A model generated the notes under the pieces. That model ran no database searches, was not told the DNA's origin, and was given only the letters and a program-made list of their open reading frames with translations. The position numbers and the translations under genes are program-made. A stretch of 32,000 nucleotides of DNA, taken from Escherichia coli. Its GTDB lineage: Bacteria > Pseudomonadota > Gammaproteobacteria > Enterobacterales > Enterobacteriaceae. Below, one piece after another: positions 30,114-32,000 of this stretch. The first letter of the stretch is position 1, and every line of letters begins with the position of its first letter. The DNA lies in the NCBI RefSeq assembly GCF_041320135.1, contig NZ_CP100966.1, one strand, 5' to 3'.

Positions 30114-31499
30114 ATGAGTCACATCACAACGGAAGATCCGGCAACTTTGCGCCTGCCCTTTAAAGAGAAACTCTCTTACGGTATCGGCGATCTGGCCTCT
30201 AACATCCTGCTGGATATTGGTACGCTTTATCTTTTGAAGTTTTATACCGACGTTCTGGGGCTACCTGGCACCTATGGCGGCATTATCTTTTTGATCTCGA
30301 AATTCTTTACCGCCTTTACCGATATGGGAACCGGCATCATGTTGGATTCCCGGCGTAAGATTGGCCCGAAAGGTAAGTTCCGCCCTTTCATTTTGTACGC
30401 GTCATTCCCGGTCACCTTATTGGCAATCGCTAACTTTATCGGCACACCGTTCGATGTCACTGGTAAAACGGTGATGGCCACTATTCTGTTTATGCTCTAC
30501 GGGCTGTTTTTCAGCATGATGAACTGCTCCTATGGCGCGATGGTGCCTGCTATTACCAAAAACCCCAACGAGCGCGCATCACTGGCGGCATGGCGTCAGG
30601 GAGGCGCTACGCTGGGCCTGCTGCTGTGCACGGTGGGATTCGTGCCGGTTATGAATCTTATCGAAGGTAATCAGCAACTTGGCTATATCTTCGCCGCCAC
30701 GCTGTTTTCACTGTTTGGCCTGCTGTTTATGTGGATCTGCTACTCGGGCGTGAAAGAGCGTTATGTCGAAACCCAACCAGCCAATCCGGCGCAAAAGCCT
30801 GGCCTGCTGCAATCTTTCCGCGCAATTGCCGGTAACCGCCCACTGTTCATTCTGTGCATTGCCAACCTCTGCACTTTAGGGGCGTTTAACGTCAAGCTCG
30901 CCATCCAGGTCTATTACACCCAGTACGTACTTAACGATCCCATCCTGTTGTCATATATGGGATTTTTCAGCATGGGCTGTATTTTCATCGGTGTGTTCCT
31001 GATGCCTGGCGCAGTCAGGCGTTTTGGTAAGAAGAAGGTCTATATCGGCGGCCTACTGATTTGGGTGCTGGGCGATCTGCTCAACTATTTCTTCGGCGGC
31101 GGTTCGGTCAGCTTCGTGGCGTTCTCCTGCCTGGCATTCTTCGGCTCAGCGTTTGTTAACAGCCTGAACTGGGCGCTGGTTTCCGACACCGTGGAATATG
31201 GCGAGTGGCGCACCGGCGTTCGTTCGGAAGGGACGGTCTACACCGGCTTCACCTTCTTTCGCAAAGTGTCTCAGGCGCTGGCTGGTTTCTTCCCCGGCTG
31301 GATGCTGACGCAAATCGGTTATGTGCCGAACGTGGCGCAGGCTGACCACACCATTGAAGGGTTGCGCCAGCTGATCTTCATCTACCCAAGCGCACTGGCG
31401 GTAGTCACCATTGTGGCGATGGGCTGCTTCTACAGCCTGAACGAGAAGATGTATGTCCGCATTGTTGAAGAAATAGAAGCCCGTAAACGCACGGCGTAA
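30114..31499 (+). CDS. yihP: YihP, GPH-family sugar/sulfoquinovose-related transporter
   Basis: ATG 30114 gives 461 aa (MSHITTEDPATLRL...); GPH motifs GIGDLASN, FTDMGTGIMLDSR. Confidence 0.93.
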   Translation: MSHITTEDPATLRLPFKEKLSYGIGDLASNILLDIGTLYLLKFYTDVLGLPGTYGGIIFLISKFFTAFTDMGTGIMLDSRRKIGPKGKFRPFILYASFPVTLLAIANFIGTPFDVTGKTVMATILFMLYGLFFSMMNCSYGAMVPAITKNPNERASLAAWRQGGATLGLLLCTVGFVPVMNLIEGNQQLGYIFAATLFSLFGLLFMWICYSGVKERYVETQPANPAQKPGLLQSFRAIAGNRPLFILCIANLCTLGAFNVKLAIQVYYTQYVLNDPILLSYMGFFSMGCIFIGVFLMPGAVRRFGKKKVYIGGLLIWVLGDLLNYFFGGGSVSFVAFSCLAFFGSAFVNSLNWALVSDTVEYGEWRTGVRSEGTVYTGFTFFRKVSQALAGFFPGWMLTQIGYVPNVAQADHTIEGLRQLIFIYPSALAVVTIVAMGCFYSLNEKMYVRIVEEIEARKRTA

Positions 31500-31506
31500 T
31501 AATAAA

Positions 31507-31524
31507 CAACGCCCTGCGGGGCGT
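31507..31524. other. Intercistronic stem-loop between yihP and yihO
   Basis: AACGCCC-TGCG-GGGCGTT followed by ATAAGGAG; no strong U-tract, so a processing/stability hairpin or weak terminator. Confidence 0.5.
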
Positions 31525-31538
31525 TATAAGGAGTGATT

Positions 31539-32000
31539 ATGTCTGACCATAATCCACTGACATTAAAACTGAATCTGCGGGAAAAAATCGCCTATGGTAT
31601 GGGCGACGTCGGTTCGAATTTAATGCTCTGCATCGGTACTCTGTATCTCCTCAAATTTTATACCGATGAATTAGGGATGCCAGCTTACTATGGCGGGGTT
31701 ATCTTTCTGGTGGCGAAGTTTTTTACCGCGTTTACCGATATGCTCACCGGATTTTTACTCGACTCGCGGAAAAATATTGGGCCTAAAGGCAAATTTCGTC
31801 CCTTTATTTTATATGCAGCGGTTCCGGCGGCGTTAATTGCAACGCTCCAGTTTATCGCCACCACCTTTAGTTTGCCGGTTAAAACGACGATTGCCACCGC
31901 GCTGTTTATGATGTTTGGGCTTTCATACAGTCTGATGAACTGCTCGTATGGCGCGATGATCCCGGCAATTACCAAAAACCCGAATGAGCGCGCGCAGCTC
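31539..32000 (+). CDS. yihO: YihO, GPH-family transporter of the sulfoquinovose cluster (C-terminus beyond window)
   Basis: ATG at 31539 after GGAG RBS; MSDHNPLTLKLNLREKIAYGMGDVGSNLMLCIGTLYLLKFYTDELG..., open to window end; not in ORF track because truncated. Confidence 0.92.
   Translation, partial: MSDHNPLTLKLNLREKIAYGMGDVGSNLMLCIGTLYLLKFYTDELGMPAYYGGVIFLVAKFFTAFTDMLTGFLLDSRKNIGPKGKFRPFILYAAVPAALIATLQFIATTFSLPVKTTIATALFMMFGLSYSLMNCSYGAMIPAITKNPNERAQL

Overview
Chromosomal segment from an Escherichia-type enterobacterium with almost entirely recognisable gene content. In order: a truncated divergent carbohydrate-porin-like gene, the frvABXR PTS/peptidase operon, yiiG, fdhD, the selenoprotein formate dehydrogenase-O operon fdoGHI-fdhE (in-frame UGA/Sec at 9249-9251), a REP/BIME cluster, the paired ribbon-helix-helix genes yiiF/yiiE, an AT-rich accessory island, fabY(yiiD)-dtd-yihY-yihX, and the sulfoquinovose (sulfo-EMP) cluster yihW-yihV / yihU-T-S-R-[extra TauE/SafE gene]-Q-P-O. 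The most interesting item is the orphan gene at 15870-17684 (minus). It encodes a 604-aa protein with a CKSAKDRT (CX5R) motif matching the active site of the SopB/SigD/IpgD type III effector inositol-phosphate phosphatases, with no T3SS, chaperone or integrase genes in view. Other points worth a second look: a TauE/SafE-type permease gene inside the sulfoquinovose operon, a porin gene divergent from frvA, duplicated upstream elements in front of yiiE and yiiF, repeated ACAAAAAGTGACA motifs around the CsqR-controlled promoters, and a possible phage-derived remnant next to the effector-like gene. Family and gene names come from recall of well-known Escherichia proteins; no database search was run.
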